Shown here: positions 1 through 8,515 of the stretch, piece after piece
How positions within the stretch are numbered: the first letter of the stretch is position 1
Layout of the letters: every line of letters starts with the position of its first letter
Virus record (IMG/VR): IMGVR_UViG_3300025687_000056
Coordinates: 1-55,658 of that record
DNA length: 55,658 bases
Direction: 5' to 3' (one strand)
Source: a virus
Lineage: Duplodnaviria; Caudoviricetes
The notes under the pieces: model-generated
Seen by the model: only the letters and a program-made list of their open reading frames with translations
Database searches by the model: none
What the model was told of the DNA's origin: nothing
Translations under genes and position numbers: made by a program

Positions 1-103
1 CAAAAGACAGTGCTGTCACTTCATAGCCCTCGGCAAGTAGATGAAGCAACAATGTGGAGCTGTCCATACCTCCACTTAGTGACAATACTGCTTGTTTATT
101 CAT
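1..103 (-). CDS. queC: 7-cyano-7-deazaguanine (preQ0) synthase QueC, N-terminal part; runs off the left edge
   Basis: Not in the ORF track. Manual translation from the ATG at 103 gives MNKQAVLSLSGGMDSSTLLLHLLAEGYEVTALSF, matching the QueC N-terminus with the SGGxDS PP-loop. Overlaps the stop of the upstream ORF by 8 nt. Confidence 0.85.
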   Translation of the reverse strand, partial: MNKQAVLSLSGGMDSSTLLLHLLAEGYEVTALSF

Positions 104-236
104 TGTTTTTTTTATTTGCTAATTTAACTAATTCTTGATAGTCTTCCAAGCTAAGGAAGGCACAATTTTTAAGGATTTCGTCTAAAACTTCTTTAAACAT
201 TTTTTCCCATGCTGGATTTGTATCTGTGTTGTTCAT
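96..236 (-). CDS. small hypothetical protein (~46 aa)
   Basis: The ATG at 236 overlaps the TGA of the upstream gene (ATGA coupling), so it is preferred over the track start at 281. Confidence 0.55.
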   Translation of the reverse strand: MNNTDTNPAWEKMFKEVLDEILKNCAFLSLEDYQELVKLANKKNNE

Positions 237-715
237 TTTAAGTAAATTTTTTCTTTTGTTCCTGCTGTTTGGTCGTACCATTGTTTCTTATCCATATCAT
301 ACCACCTGTAAGGTAATTTAGGATTTTCATTCCAACCATGAGCACCATAATAATCAGCGTCTTTTCTTAATAGATTTGCTCTATGTGACCTATGAAAATC
401 TTCATTTCCAAACCAAAAAGGCATAGTAATTTCTTCATTGATTTCTTCTTTTTTCATAGTATTATTTTTGCCTCTTTCAACCCAAACGTCTATAGACACA
501 TTTAAATAATGTTTTAACGCAGGTATATTATCTCGAAACATCTTGCTTATAGGATGGTTTACTCTACCTTTAGAGTATGGTTTCCCAGTTAATGTTGGTC
601 TGCCTTCTAATCCTGCTATAAGTTGATAAGTTTCAACTCTTTGTTTACCTAAACGTTTATTGTCTAGGGATTCAAGTGACTTTTTAAAGTCTGGATATGG
701 GAGAAATACTTGCAT
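233..715 (-). CDS. pyrimidine-dimer DNA glycosylase-like protein (DenV/MSMEG_6728 family)
   Basis: Motifs MQxFLPYPDF, LDNKRLGKQRVE, NHP and FHRSHRANLLRKD are typical of this family. Confidence 0.8.
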   Translation of the reverse strand: MQVFLPYPDFKKSLESLDNKRLGKQRVETYQLIAGLEGRPTLTGKPYSKGRVNHPISKMFRDNIPALKHYLNVSIDVWVERGKNNTMKKEEINEEITMPFWFGNEDFHRSHRANLLRKDADYYGAHGWNENPKLPYRWYDMDKKQWYDQTAGTKEKIYLK

Positions 716-1497
716 TATTTAAGTAATTTTCTAAAGTGTTTAATGTTCCAATCTAATAATTCAAAATCCATATCTTCAGCAGCCATATAAAAATGATCAT
801 TCATATTGGCTTTTGGTTTTTCAGTTAAACCATTTGTTGTATAAGGTAAACCATCAATAGTAGCCATAATAGGATTTGATGTATCAATTGATTCAATAAA
901 TGACATATCTTTGTACCAACTAAACTCTTGTGGTACTTGACAACCTAGTAAATGTACTCTATCTACATGACTAATAATTTTAGAATTATATAAACGAGTC
1001 ACTACTTCAATTCGGCCTAATGCTTTAGCTAAATTTTTATTAGGATGTGATGAGTACTCTAAATAATAGCTACCACCATATGAAAAAGCAATCTTTTTAT
1101 ATCCTAAATCTTTATATGTTTGATAACATGTAATTGCTTCTCTAATTGTTTTTGCTTGTACAACTGCTACTTTAGTTACTTCATCAGGTAAATTAATTTG
1201 AGCCCATTTTCTAGCATTGACTATAGAAGCATTTGCTTCTTCCCAAACATCAGGAATAATAAATTCATTAGGGCGAAGCTTTTCAACCCAATAAAGCAAG
1301 CCTGAATCATTATATGCTGTTCCTAATTCATGAAGTGAGTTATCTAAAATAATATAACGTCCCTGTTGTTTTGCCTTCATAAAATAATCAGCATAATCAG
1401 AGTCTGATTCTAATAAATGAACTAACGCATAATCATAGTCATTAAATTTTTGACTATCTTCTAACAGGAATAAAGGAACTTCATGTGATATTTTCAT
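715..1497 (-). CDS. TGT-fold (TIM barrel) protein, candidate DpdA-like DNA 7-deazaguanine transglycosylase
   Basis: IILDNS..E, IPDV, HLLG and SIDTS motifs resemble tRNA-guanine transglycosylase/DpdA-like proteins. Joined to queC through a chain of overlapping genes. Confidence 0.5.
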   Translation of the reverse strand: MKISHEVPLFLLEDSQKFNDYDYALVHLLESDSDYADYFMKAKQQGRYIILDNSLHELGTAYNDSGLLYWVEKLRPNEFIIPDVWEEANASIVNARKWAQINLPDEVTKVAVVQAKTIREAITCYQTYKDLGYKKIAFSYGGSYYLEYSSHPNKNLAKALGRIEVVTRLYNSKIISHVDRVHLLGCQVPQEFSWYKDMSFIESIDTSNPIMATIDGLPYTTNGLTEKPKANMNDHFYMAAEDMDFELLDWNIKHFRKLLK

Positions 1498-1982
1498 ACA
1501 ATAATTTTTTTAGGGCGGCCACGTCTTTTAGGAGCGACTCTTCTAACAGTATATTTTTTACAAGCATGATTATAATAAGATAATATTGATTTGCCAAACA
1601 TTTTTATTTCATCTTCTACATCTTGTTTATCAACTTCAAAATAATCATAAATAGCATCAATAAAATTATCAAGACGCTCATTATCATCTACTTCAAAATC
1701 ATGCATTAGTCTCTCATATTTAGCTAAAAGTAAACCACCACGTTTTGCTCTATAGAATGGTTCAAGATCTAATTGGTCTAGATCATGTTTTTCCCAAAGT
1801 GCTTCTTGAGCCATCCAAAAATAAGGTGATGGTTCAAAATCACCATTTTGAATTCTTTTTTCAATATGGATTGATTTAGGTAAAGTAGATGGAACTTGAT
1901 ATGTTCTCCACCAACGAAATTGACTGTATTTAAGAGGTTTAAGTTTTTTAAGTTTTTTAGTAACTGTTTCTCTTGAATGCAT
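1494..1982 (-). CDS. hypothetical protein with C-terminal AT-hook-like motif
   Basis: 162-aa ORF with an ATGA overlap; ends PKRRGRPKK. Confidence 0.7.
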   Translation of the reverse strand: MHSRETVTKKLKKLKPLKYSQFRWWRTYQVPSTLPKSIHIEKRIQNGDFEPSPYFWMAQEALWEKHDLDQLDLEPFYRAKRGGLLLAKYERLMHDFEVDDNERLDNFIDAIYDYFEVDKQDVEDEIKMFGKSILSYYNHACKKYTVRRVAPKRRGRPKKIIV

Positions 1983-1992
1983 TACTTATAAT

Positions 1993-2235
1993 TTAAAAAA
2001 CATCTTTAGGAATTCCAAGCTCACGTCGAGCTTCTTCCTGTGCTTCAAACTCATTAACTTGTGACTCAAAGTCATCTGCTACTTCTTCAACAGTAGCAAA
2101 ATCATACTCTCCATCCATGTTCAACATGAACTCAACCCAATCTTCAGCTTCACTTCTAGATTCGAACTCGGCGGACATATCGAAAACTGCGTTCTCGTTG
2201 TCATCAATCTGGTATCCTACAAATGCTTTAAACAT
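1993..2235 (-). CDS. small acidic hypothetical protein
   Basis: 80-aa D/E-rich ORF preceded by the AATAAAAGTTATG start context. Confidence 0.7.
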   Translation of the reverse strand: MFKAFVGYQIDDNENAVFDMSAEFESRSEAEDWVEFMLNMDGEYDFATVEEVADDFESQVNEFEAQEEARRELGIPKDVF

Positions 2236-2246
2236 AACTTTTATTA

Positions 2247-2414
2247 TTAATATGTAAAACCTATTTTATTTATTTCTTTTTTTAATTTATTTACAGACTC
2301 AATCTTATTCCAAGCTTCTTGAGTTGCTTCTTCAATTGATTTACCTTGAGCCATCCAAAAATTGAACGTGGCGTTAAATAATACTTTTTGTGTTGATGTT
2401 AATTCTTTACTCAT
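2247..2414 (-). CDS. small hypothetical protein (MSKELTS..., 55 aa)
   Basis: The ATG at 2414 has the AATAAAGGTTATG context and lies just downstream of a promoter. The track extension to 2465 runs through that promoter. Confidence 0.7.
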   Translation of the reverse strand: MSKELTSTQKVLFNATFNFWMAQGKSIEEATQEAWNKIESVNKLKKEINKIGFTY

Positions 2415-2430
2415 AACCTTTATTATGATA

Positions 2431-2462
2431 TAAATATAACATCTTGATTTGGATGAGCCAAA
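2431..2462 (-). promoter_or_regulatory. host-type (Bacteroidota sigma70-like) promoter, class I
   Basis: Minus strand reads TTTG-N20-TATATTTA, close to the Bacteroidota -33 TTTG / -7 TAnnTTTG consensus. The same spacing occurs at six intergenic sites. Confidence 0.75.
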
Positions 2463-2492
2463 CAAGGAGGTGAATTACTTCACCCCTGTTTG
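2459..2492. terminator. imperfect stem-loop immediately upstream of the class I promoter
   Basis: caaaca-agg-aggtgaa-ttac-ttcacc-cc-tgtttg inverted repeat; U-tract is weak. Confidence 0.45.
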
Positions 2493-2536
2493 CCTTCGTA
2501 GCTCCAGTCCATTTTGAGGTTGGACAACCTTAATTT

Positions 2537-2989
2537 TTATTTTTCTTCTACTTTTGCATATATTAAAGTAGTATTAAGAGTAGATAATTCTTTTTCTAAT
2601 GAATCAATAACACTTTTACCACTATTTATTATGTATAATAAGTCCTTATATTTTCTTGAGTTGAATATAGAATCTTGATTTTTTAAAAATGGGTTTAAAG
2701 ATACTGCTTCTATTGTACCCATTCCATTATAAAATCCTGGATATTTTTTTAGGAATTTTATACCATCTTCTGTTAGGGCACCAAGTTTTATTAAACTATC
2801 AGTCCAAGCAGCTCCTTGTTTTAATGAAGTATAAATCATAGAACTCCTAATTGAATCTGCCTCAGCGACCTCTTGTTTAACTAATTCTATTTGAGATTTT
2901 TTTTCATTAATTTTAGTCTGTATTTTTTCAACCTTAGATTGACAAGAAAATAAACTAATAACTCCTAATACTAATGTTAATTTCTTCAT
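2537..2989 (-). CDS. putative lipoprotein
   Basis: MKKLTLVLGVISLFSC is a basic N-terminus, hydrophobic core and lipobox Cys; coiled-coil-like segments follow. Confidence 0.75.
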   Translation of the reverse strand: MKKLTLVLGVISLFSCQSKVEKIQTKINEKKSQIELVKQEVAEADSIRSSMIYTSLKQGAAWTDSLIKLGALTEDGIKFLKKYPGFYNGMGTIEAVSLNPFLKNQDSIFNSRKYKDLLYIINSGKSVIDSLEKELSTLNTTLIYAKVEEK

Positions 2990-3006
2990 AACTTTTATTT
3001 ATATTA

Positions 3007-3819
3007 TTAAGCTGAAATAGTGGTTCCGTAACGGATCACACTATTTGACAATTCAAAGTACATTTTATTATCAACCAAACCATTACGGTTCTTAGTAAAG
3101 TTGATAAAAGTGGCTCCACCATCACGCTCTGATTCGCGGCGCATCTCACCCATGGCGTCAACCAAGTGCTTCAATTTGTTAGAACCTGCAAATACACCAG
3201 CTTTAGTAACTTGTTGAATCAACATAAATGATGTGAATTTTTCTGACTTGTTCTCACCTTTGTTATTTTTAACACAAATATCAACCAACCAGCTCTCAGC
3301 CATTTTACGATCCCAATTATTGTCGTCACGAACACCATCAATAATTTCAGCGGCACTGTCAACCAAAACCAAATCATAACCACGGTCTAAAACCTGCTCA
3401 ATTACGTCTTTAGTGTTGTACTCAAGAAAATCTTGCATAAACAATGTTTCAATATTTCCAAATTGTGGAAAACGTTGTGTGTATTTGAACATTTGTTTTT
3501 TACCCATCTCACCTGAGATGAACAAACATTTGTTACCTTTGTTTTGGGCAGCTGAAAGAACATCCAACAAAACAGTTGTTTTACCAACACCTGGATCTCC
3601 AATCATCATAATATTAGTTGCGGCTGGAATACCACCTTCATGTGAAATCAATTTATCAACAGCCAAACCTGTTTTCATAGTGGCCATCATTTTAGGATCA
3701 ATATTCAAATTGTCCAATTTTGTAACTTTAGAAAAATCAATCAGTGATGGAACGAAAGTTGCGTTTTGAACGTTTTTGTTACTTGGACGACCTCTTTTTA
3801 CTACTTTAATGTTTTTCAT
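3007..3819 (-). CDS. RecA-fold ATPase (RadA/Sms/KaiC-like)
   Basis: Walker A GDPGVGKT, ISGEM, Walker B LVLVDS, and QVTKAGVFAGSNKLKHLVD (RadA-like), plus KNR. Confidence 0.8.
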   Translation of the reverse strand: MKNIKVVKRGRPSNKNVQNATFVPSLIDFSKVTKLDNLNIDPKMMATMKTGLAVDKLISHEGGIPAATNIMMIGDPGVGKTTVLLDVLSAAQNKGNKCLFISGEMGKKQMFKYTQRFPQFGNIETLFMQDFLEYNTKDVIEQVLDRGYDLVLVDSAAEIIDGVRDDNNWDRKMAESWLVDICVKNNKGENKSEKFTSFMLIQQVTKAGVFAGSNKLKHLVDAMGEMRRESERDGGATFINFTKNRNGLVDNKMYFELSNSVIRYGTTISA

Positions 3820-3850
3820 AACCTTTATTTCTTGTTTCTTTATTATGATA

Positions 3851-3882
3851 TAAATATAGCATCACTATTTGAATGAGCCAAA
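3851..3882 (-). promoter_or_regulatory. class I promoter, near-identical to 2431-2462
   Basis: TTTG-N20-TATATTTA; shares tttattatgatataaatata and atgagccaaac with the copy at ~2419-2463. Confidence 0.75.
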
Positions 3883-3910
3883 CCAGGAGTAACCCTCTCT
3901 AAAAGAGATT

Positions 3911-5257
3911 TTAAAATATAGTTATGGTGTCATCATCATCCTCTTTTTTCTTAGTAAAATAATCTGATATTAAGGATTTTAATTTTGATATTTCTTCTTT
4001 TACTTTATGAGGATAATATATAGTATTATCTATATTTTTAAAGATTTTATTAGCTTCATTTAATTTTTGGGCAGTGTCATCATCTAAATTGGCTACTTTA
4101 GCTTCTTTTTCATCTATAACACCATCATTATTAGTATCAGCTTGTTCAAATACTTGTTTAAGTTCTTCTTCTTCAACTACACCATCACCATCTAAATCTA
4201 AATTAAATTCTTCACCTTCTAAAATTTCATCTATAGCTTCATCTGGTAGAGGATTAATCGGGTCAGGTTCTTCATAGTACAATTTTCCTGTTTTAGGATC
4301 TACAAACACAGGAATTGGTTTTTCTTCTTCTTCCCATTTTTGAAGATCTACTAAACTTGCCTCTTCTAACTCTTCATCATTTTTAAAATTATGTTCTATA
4401 TCTGAATCTTCAGGTTTATCCTGAGGGTCAGGATATAAAACATCATCTTTTTTCTTTAGTTGGGCGAAAGCAAAGTTTGCAGCAACTACTAAAGATATTG
4501 CTAAAGGATCAAACACAAATATAATAACTAATAAGAACCAGTTAATAATTCGGTCCATTTCAACACCTGTTAAGTTTGCTAAGTATTTTAGTGGTCCTAA
4601 TTCGGCTGCTACTTCTGAATTATTTTGTGTTTTAACAATTTGGGTTTCTAAACTGATTATCGAGTCATTGTACGTTTGAATTTTTGTAGTAAGTTGTTCG
4701 TCTTTTTCGATAGCCACCTCCAGCTGTTTTTCATAAGCTTTTCGGTTTGCTCCGGAAGAATAACTAATGACATTGCCATTATTATCCACATAAGACTGAG
4801 TATTGCTTCCCAATGCATTTCTTAATGTTGTTATGTTTTGTGTTAAAGATGTTTTTTCTACCTCATATTGTCCTTTAATTTTTTCAAAGGATGTCTTTTT
4901 GGTTTCTAAAAGTTTGATTTGGTTTTCTACTATACCTGCTTTGTTAGCTGTAGCTTGATAAGCAGCAGATAAAAAACCATAAATACCAGCTGAGGTGATT
5001 AAAATAAGAATAAATGTTGCTACTGTTAAATAGGTTCTTAATATTTTATTTATTTTTTCCCAATATTGATATAATAAAGAAGCTATTACTAGTTTGGCAA
5101 ATTCTAAAGAAGAAGCCATAATAATTACGGCGAAACTGGCCCCAGCAAATAATAAGCTAAGACCAGTTACACTATAAAAAGCCGCGGATGCACTTACAGA
5201 TAATGCGGAGAGTGCGATAATTAGCGGGAAAATTCTTTCTCTTATACTATTCCACAT
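3911..5257 (-). CDS. membrane protein with coiled coil and acidic C-terminal EF-hand-like loops
   Basis: About three N-terminal hydrophobic segments, a long coiled coil, a fourth TM (WFLLVIIFVFDPLAISLVVAA), then DLDGDGVVEEEE and DTNNDGVIDEKE. Confidence 0.8.
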   Translation of the reverse strand: MWNSIRERIFPLIIALSALSVSASAAFYSVTGLSLLFAGASFAVIIMASSLEFAKLVIASLLYQYWEKINKILRTYLTVATFILILITSAGIYGFLSAAYQATANKAGIVENQIKLLETKKTSFEKIKGQYEVEKTSLTQNITTLRNALGSNTQSYVDNNGNVISYSSGANRKAYEKQLEVAIEKDEQLTTKIQTYNDSIISLETQIVKTQNNSEVAAELGPLKYLANLTGVEMDRIINWFLLVIIFVFDPLAISLVVAANFAFAQLKKKDDVLYPDPQDKPEDSDIEHNFKNDEELEEASLVDLQKWEEEEKPIPVFVDPKTGKLYYEEPDPINPLPDEAIDEILEGEEFNLDLDGDGVVEEEELKQVFEQADTNNDGVIDEKEAKVANLDDDTAQKLNEANKIFKNIDNTIYYPHKVKEEISKLKSLISDYFTKKKEDDDDTITIF

Positions 5258-5269
5258 ATCTGATAAATA

Positions 5270-7126
5270 TTAAACTATTTCACAAGCTCCACCTGCACAA
5301 GCTGCTTGATCCATTAATGCTGTGTTATCAACCATCTCAATGACTTTTGATAAATCTACAGCGTGTAATGATTCTACTGCTGCCTCAAACTCTTCCTTTG
5401 TAATTGTTTCAAAAGGAGCTTGTTTGTAAGTGCCTAAATCTTCCGGTAAGAAAGATAAAGCTGTAAAATATTCTTTATTTTCATACAACCACTCACCTAC
5501 TGTATCCCATTCATCTTGTTTAATAGTTACTGTAGCTGATACATTATGCATATTAGAACCTCTTCTATGACCTGGTTTAATCCAATTTTTATTAATTGTT
5601 TTAATACGTTCTAATAAGTCCATAGCTGATTCTTTACGTGTGATTGCATTTTCAGGAGCACGTTGTGGTACTGATACTACTGATTGGATTTCAGGTTTGA
5701 AGAAATCATCTTCTAACATTTCAGGATGGTAAACGGCAAGATATTGATACAATGCTTCATTTTTACCTAAACGAATACGACGCATGTAATAATCATCATG
5801 CCAAGCATGAATACCTGAACTTGTACCTAATACTAATGAAGTGGTACCTGATGGTTTAACTGTAGTAACACGAGCTGCTTTATTAATACCTAAAATTTCA
5901 GCTACACGGGCGTTTTCTTCAACTGCTGCTTTAGCCGCTTCTTTCATATTGAAGTTAAAAATAGCTCCTGAAGCGATACCTGTCATTCCAATACCTAACA
6001 ATGCTTCTTTTTCAGTTGTTTTTCTCCAAATATCTCTTAAATAATGGAAGTCAGTATATGAGGCTTGTAATGTGCCAATAAAAGCTGCTGCTTTAGCTCT
6101 TGCATTATATTCTTCTTGTGAGTCAATATCTGAGGCATTGATTTCACATAAGTTACAAAATTGGTTTGGTTTCAAATTAATTTCAGCACATGGATTAGTA
6201 CCCGCGTCTTTATCATTTGTAAATAAGAATCCTGGTTCTCCGCTATTAGATGCCTCAATTTTCTTCCACAAATCCAAAAATGTTTCTTTATCAATTTTAC
6301 TACGTAACAACACAGCTGAGTTATTTGATCTTCCTCGTTGAGGATTATTTTCCCACCAGTTCCCAAATTTACAAGTTAACATATCCTGGTCATCTAAATT
6401 AAATAATGAGATCAAAGCAGCTCTACGAATACCTCCAGACAATACAGCGTCAGCTAAGTGACAAATAATATCATGGGCTTCCAAAGTTGTTAATTTTTCA
6501 CCATCTTGTTTACGGTCCAAAATAGCTTGTACATGTACTAAAGCAATTTTCAATGGCTCAGGACCCGGTGCTTTACCTCCAACAGTAATAAGTGAGGCAC
6601 CTTTTGGACGAATGTCTCTAAAATCAAATAATGGACCTGTTGAAGTATAACCAAAATAAGCTTTGGTCAACATACGAACAGCATCAGCCCAACCTTCAAT
6701 TGAATCACCTACTAGATAACGTTTCCACTTAAGTGGTTTTCTTACTTCAGGTAATTTTTCTACATGGTGAGTTTGGACTGAATATCCTACTCCACATCCT
6801 GAAAGTAGCAAAAACATAATTTCAGAAAAAGCTCTGTAATCATCAATAGGTAAATAGGAACAGTTAAAAATACGGGCATTGTTTATTTCGATAGGTTTGC
6901 CAGCAAATTGCATTGATCGCATAGATGGCAATACCTTTTTATCATAAACATACTTGTAAGCGGACTCGATTTCTTCAGCTAATTGAGGAAATCTTTCAAT
7001 GTGCATCTCTTTGTTTCGGGTAACTAACTCACTCCAAGTCTCACGTCTGTTTTTTTCAGGGACGTATTTTGCATACTTAAGGTGGGTAGTGATTTCCGAC
7101 AAAATTTGTGATTCTGTTGTTAACAT
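5270..7126 (-). CDS. nrdJ: class II (adenosylcobalamin-dependent) ribonucleotide reductase, monomeric RTPR type
   Basis: NCSY, GCGVGYSV, GGIRRAA, TNPCAEI, CNLCE, VKPSGT and C-terminal CAGGAC redox cysteines; no beta subunit nearby. Confidence 0.92.
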   Translation of the reverse strand: MLTTESQILSEITTHLKYAKYVPEKNRRETWSELVTRNKEMHIERFPQLAEEIESAYKYVYDKKVLPSMRSMQFAGKPIEINNARIFNCSYLPIDDYRAFSEIMFLLLSGCGVGYSVQTHHVEKLPEVRKPLKWKRYLVGDSIEGWADAVRMLTKAYFGYTSTGPLFDFRDIRPKGASLITVGGKAPGPEPLKIALVHVQAILDRKQDGEKLTTLEAHDIICHLADAVLSGGIRRAALISLFNLDDQDMLTCKFGNWWENNPQRGRSNNSAVLLRSKIDKETFLDLWKKIEASNSGEPGFLFTNDKDAGTNPCAEINLKPNQFCNLCEINASDIDSQEEYNARAKAAAFIGTLQASYTDFHYLRDIWRKTTEKEALLGIGMTGIASGAIFNFNMKEAAKAAVEENARVAEILGINKAARVTTVKPSGTTSLVLGTSSGIHAWHDDYYMRRIRLGKNEALYQYLAVYHPEMLEDDFFKPEIQSVVSVPQRAPENAITRKESAMDLLERIKTINKNWIKPGHRRGSNMHNVSATVTIKQDEWDTVGEWLYENKEYFTALSFLPEDLGTYKQAPFETITKEEFEAAVESLHAVDLSKVIEMVDNTALMDQAACAGGACEIV

Positions 7127-7141
7127 TTTTTAATAATAAAT

Positions 7142-8506
7142 TTAGGTTGTTAGTTCGAAAAATTTGTTTCTAATAAGGGCTTTATCTACTGAATCAATTC
7201 CTCCAAAATTAGTGCTGTTGGATTGAGTTTGAGGTTCGTCTTCATCGTCTATGACATGATTTGATACTTCAAAATGACCAGTTGAAGTGTCTGCTTTCAC
7301 TGAGAACGTTAGGCCGTCCATACCGTAGCGATTTTTCATGATGTGAAATCTTCCTGTTCCATTTACTTTGTCTTGACGTTTCCTTGATAAGGATATTGCA
7401 ACATCGGTTATCATGATTTTATCATAAGAACCAGCTGCTTTATCTCCCTCAATAATATCATCCTTTGCACCAGCACGGTTAACTTGAGATACACTCCAAA
7501 CGGGGATATTTAATTCTCTAGCTAAACCCTTAGTACTAATATAAATATCATCTATTTCGTCCTTACGCTCACGATTTTTTCTTTTTGAACGAAGAAGGTC
7601 AACATAGTCAATAATTACTAGGTCTGGTTTGAAATCTAAATCAATACATTTTTTAATATGTGATTCAATTGTTGAAATAGATGCCTTACCTGTTGGGTAT
7701 TCTTTGATAATTAGCTGTCCTTCTAATGATGGTACTACTTCTTCAACTTTATTTTTATGTTGTAAAATTTTATTTACAGGAATATTAGTAAAGAAAGCGT
7801 CATATCGTCTACCAACATAATCTGCACCTAACTCAAGAGTATAATGGAGTACATTATAACCTAACTTAACAGCCCAGCCTCCTAAAGCAACCAATGACCA
7901 AGATTTACCACCACCTGGATTACCAAATATAAGGCCAAAATCTCCTCCTCCAAGACCACCCATTAAAAGATCATTAAATGGTTCCCAAGGAGTAGGAATA
8001 GTTACTCTATTATCTTCTCTATATCTAGACTCAGTATCTTTATTATACTCATGGCCAATATTTTTGTCTTGACCCGCCTTTAAAGCGTTATCAATCATAG
8101 ACCTAATAGAGTCATAATCTCCGGCATTAAGAAAATCTACGCTTGTTAATAACGCCTTTTTAAGCTGTTGATTTTTACAAAAGTTTGAAAATTCTTCTTC
8201 AACATATTTAAGATCTTCATCAGAGGCTTTATAAGCTTCACGAAGTTGTTCTTTAATAGATACTTGAAGTACTTCATTATCAATTTTCTTTAACTCTACT
8301 TTTAGTACATCCATTGAAGGTACTGTATGGTACTTCTGGAAGTAATCTAGAATTTGTTTAATGATCCATTTATGTGCTTGATTATCAAAGTATTCTTCAC
8401 TTAACACATCTTGAATATTTAGTAGAAATTCCTTATGTGTTAGTAGGGAAGATAATACTTTGATTTGAAATCCCATTCCATATTGGGATAAATTATTTAA
8501 TGTCAT
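7142..8506 (-). CDS. replicative DNA helicase (DnaB/T4 gp41-like)
   Basis: Walker A GNPGGGKS, YTLEL, IIDYVDLL, SQVNR, KNRYG. Confidence 0.9.
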   Translation of the reverse strand: MTLNNLSQYGMGFQIKVLSSLLTHKEFLLNIQDVLSEEYFDNQAHKWIIKQILDYFQKYHTVPSMDVLKVELKKIDNEVLQVSIKEQLREAYKASDEDLKYVEEEFSNFCKNQQLKKALLTSVDFLNAGDYDSIRSMIDNALKAGQDKNIGHEYNKDTESRYREDNRVTIPTPWEPFNDLLMGGLGGGDFGLIFGNPGGGKSWSLVALGGWAVKLGYNVLHYTLELGADYVGRRYDAFFTNIPVNKILQHKNKVEEVVPSLEGQLIIKEYPTGKASISTIESHIKKCIDLDFKPDLVIIDYVDLLRSKRKNRERKDEIDDIYISTKGLARELNIPVWSVSQVNRAGAKDDIIEGDKAAGSYDKIMITDVAISLSRKRQDKVNGTGRFHIMKNRYGMDGLTFSVKADTSTGHFEVSNHVIDDEDEPQTQSNSTNFGGIDSVDKALIRNKFFELTT

Positions 8507-8515
8507 ATAACTTTT

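Noticed and set aside
2479-2536. Mini-ORF MDWSYEGKQG or small RNA between the lipoprotein stop and the hairpin
   Set aside because: Too short to support; could be a gene remnant, but the sequence alone gives no independent evidence.
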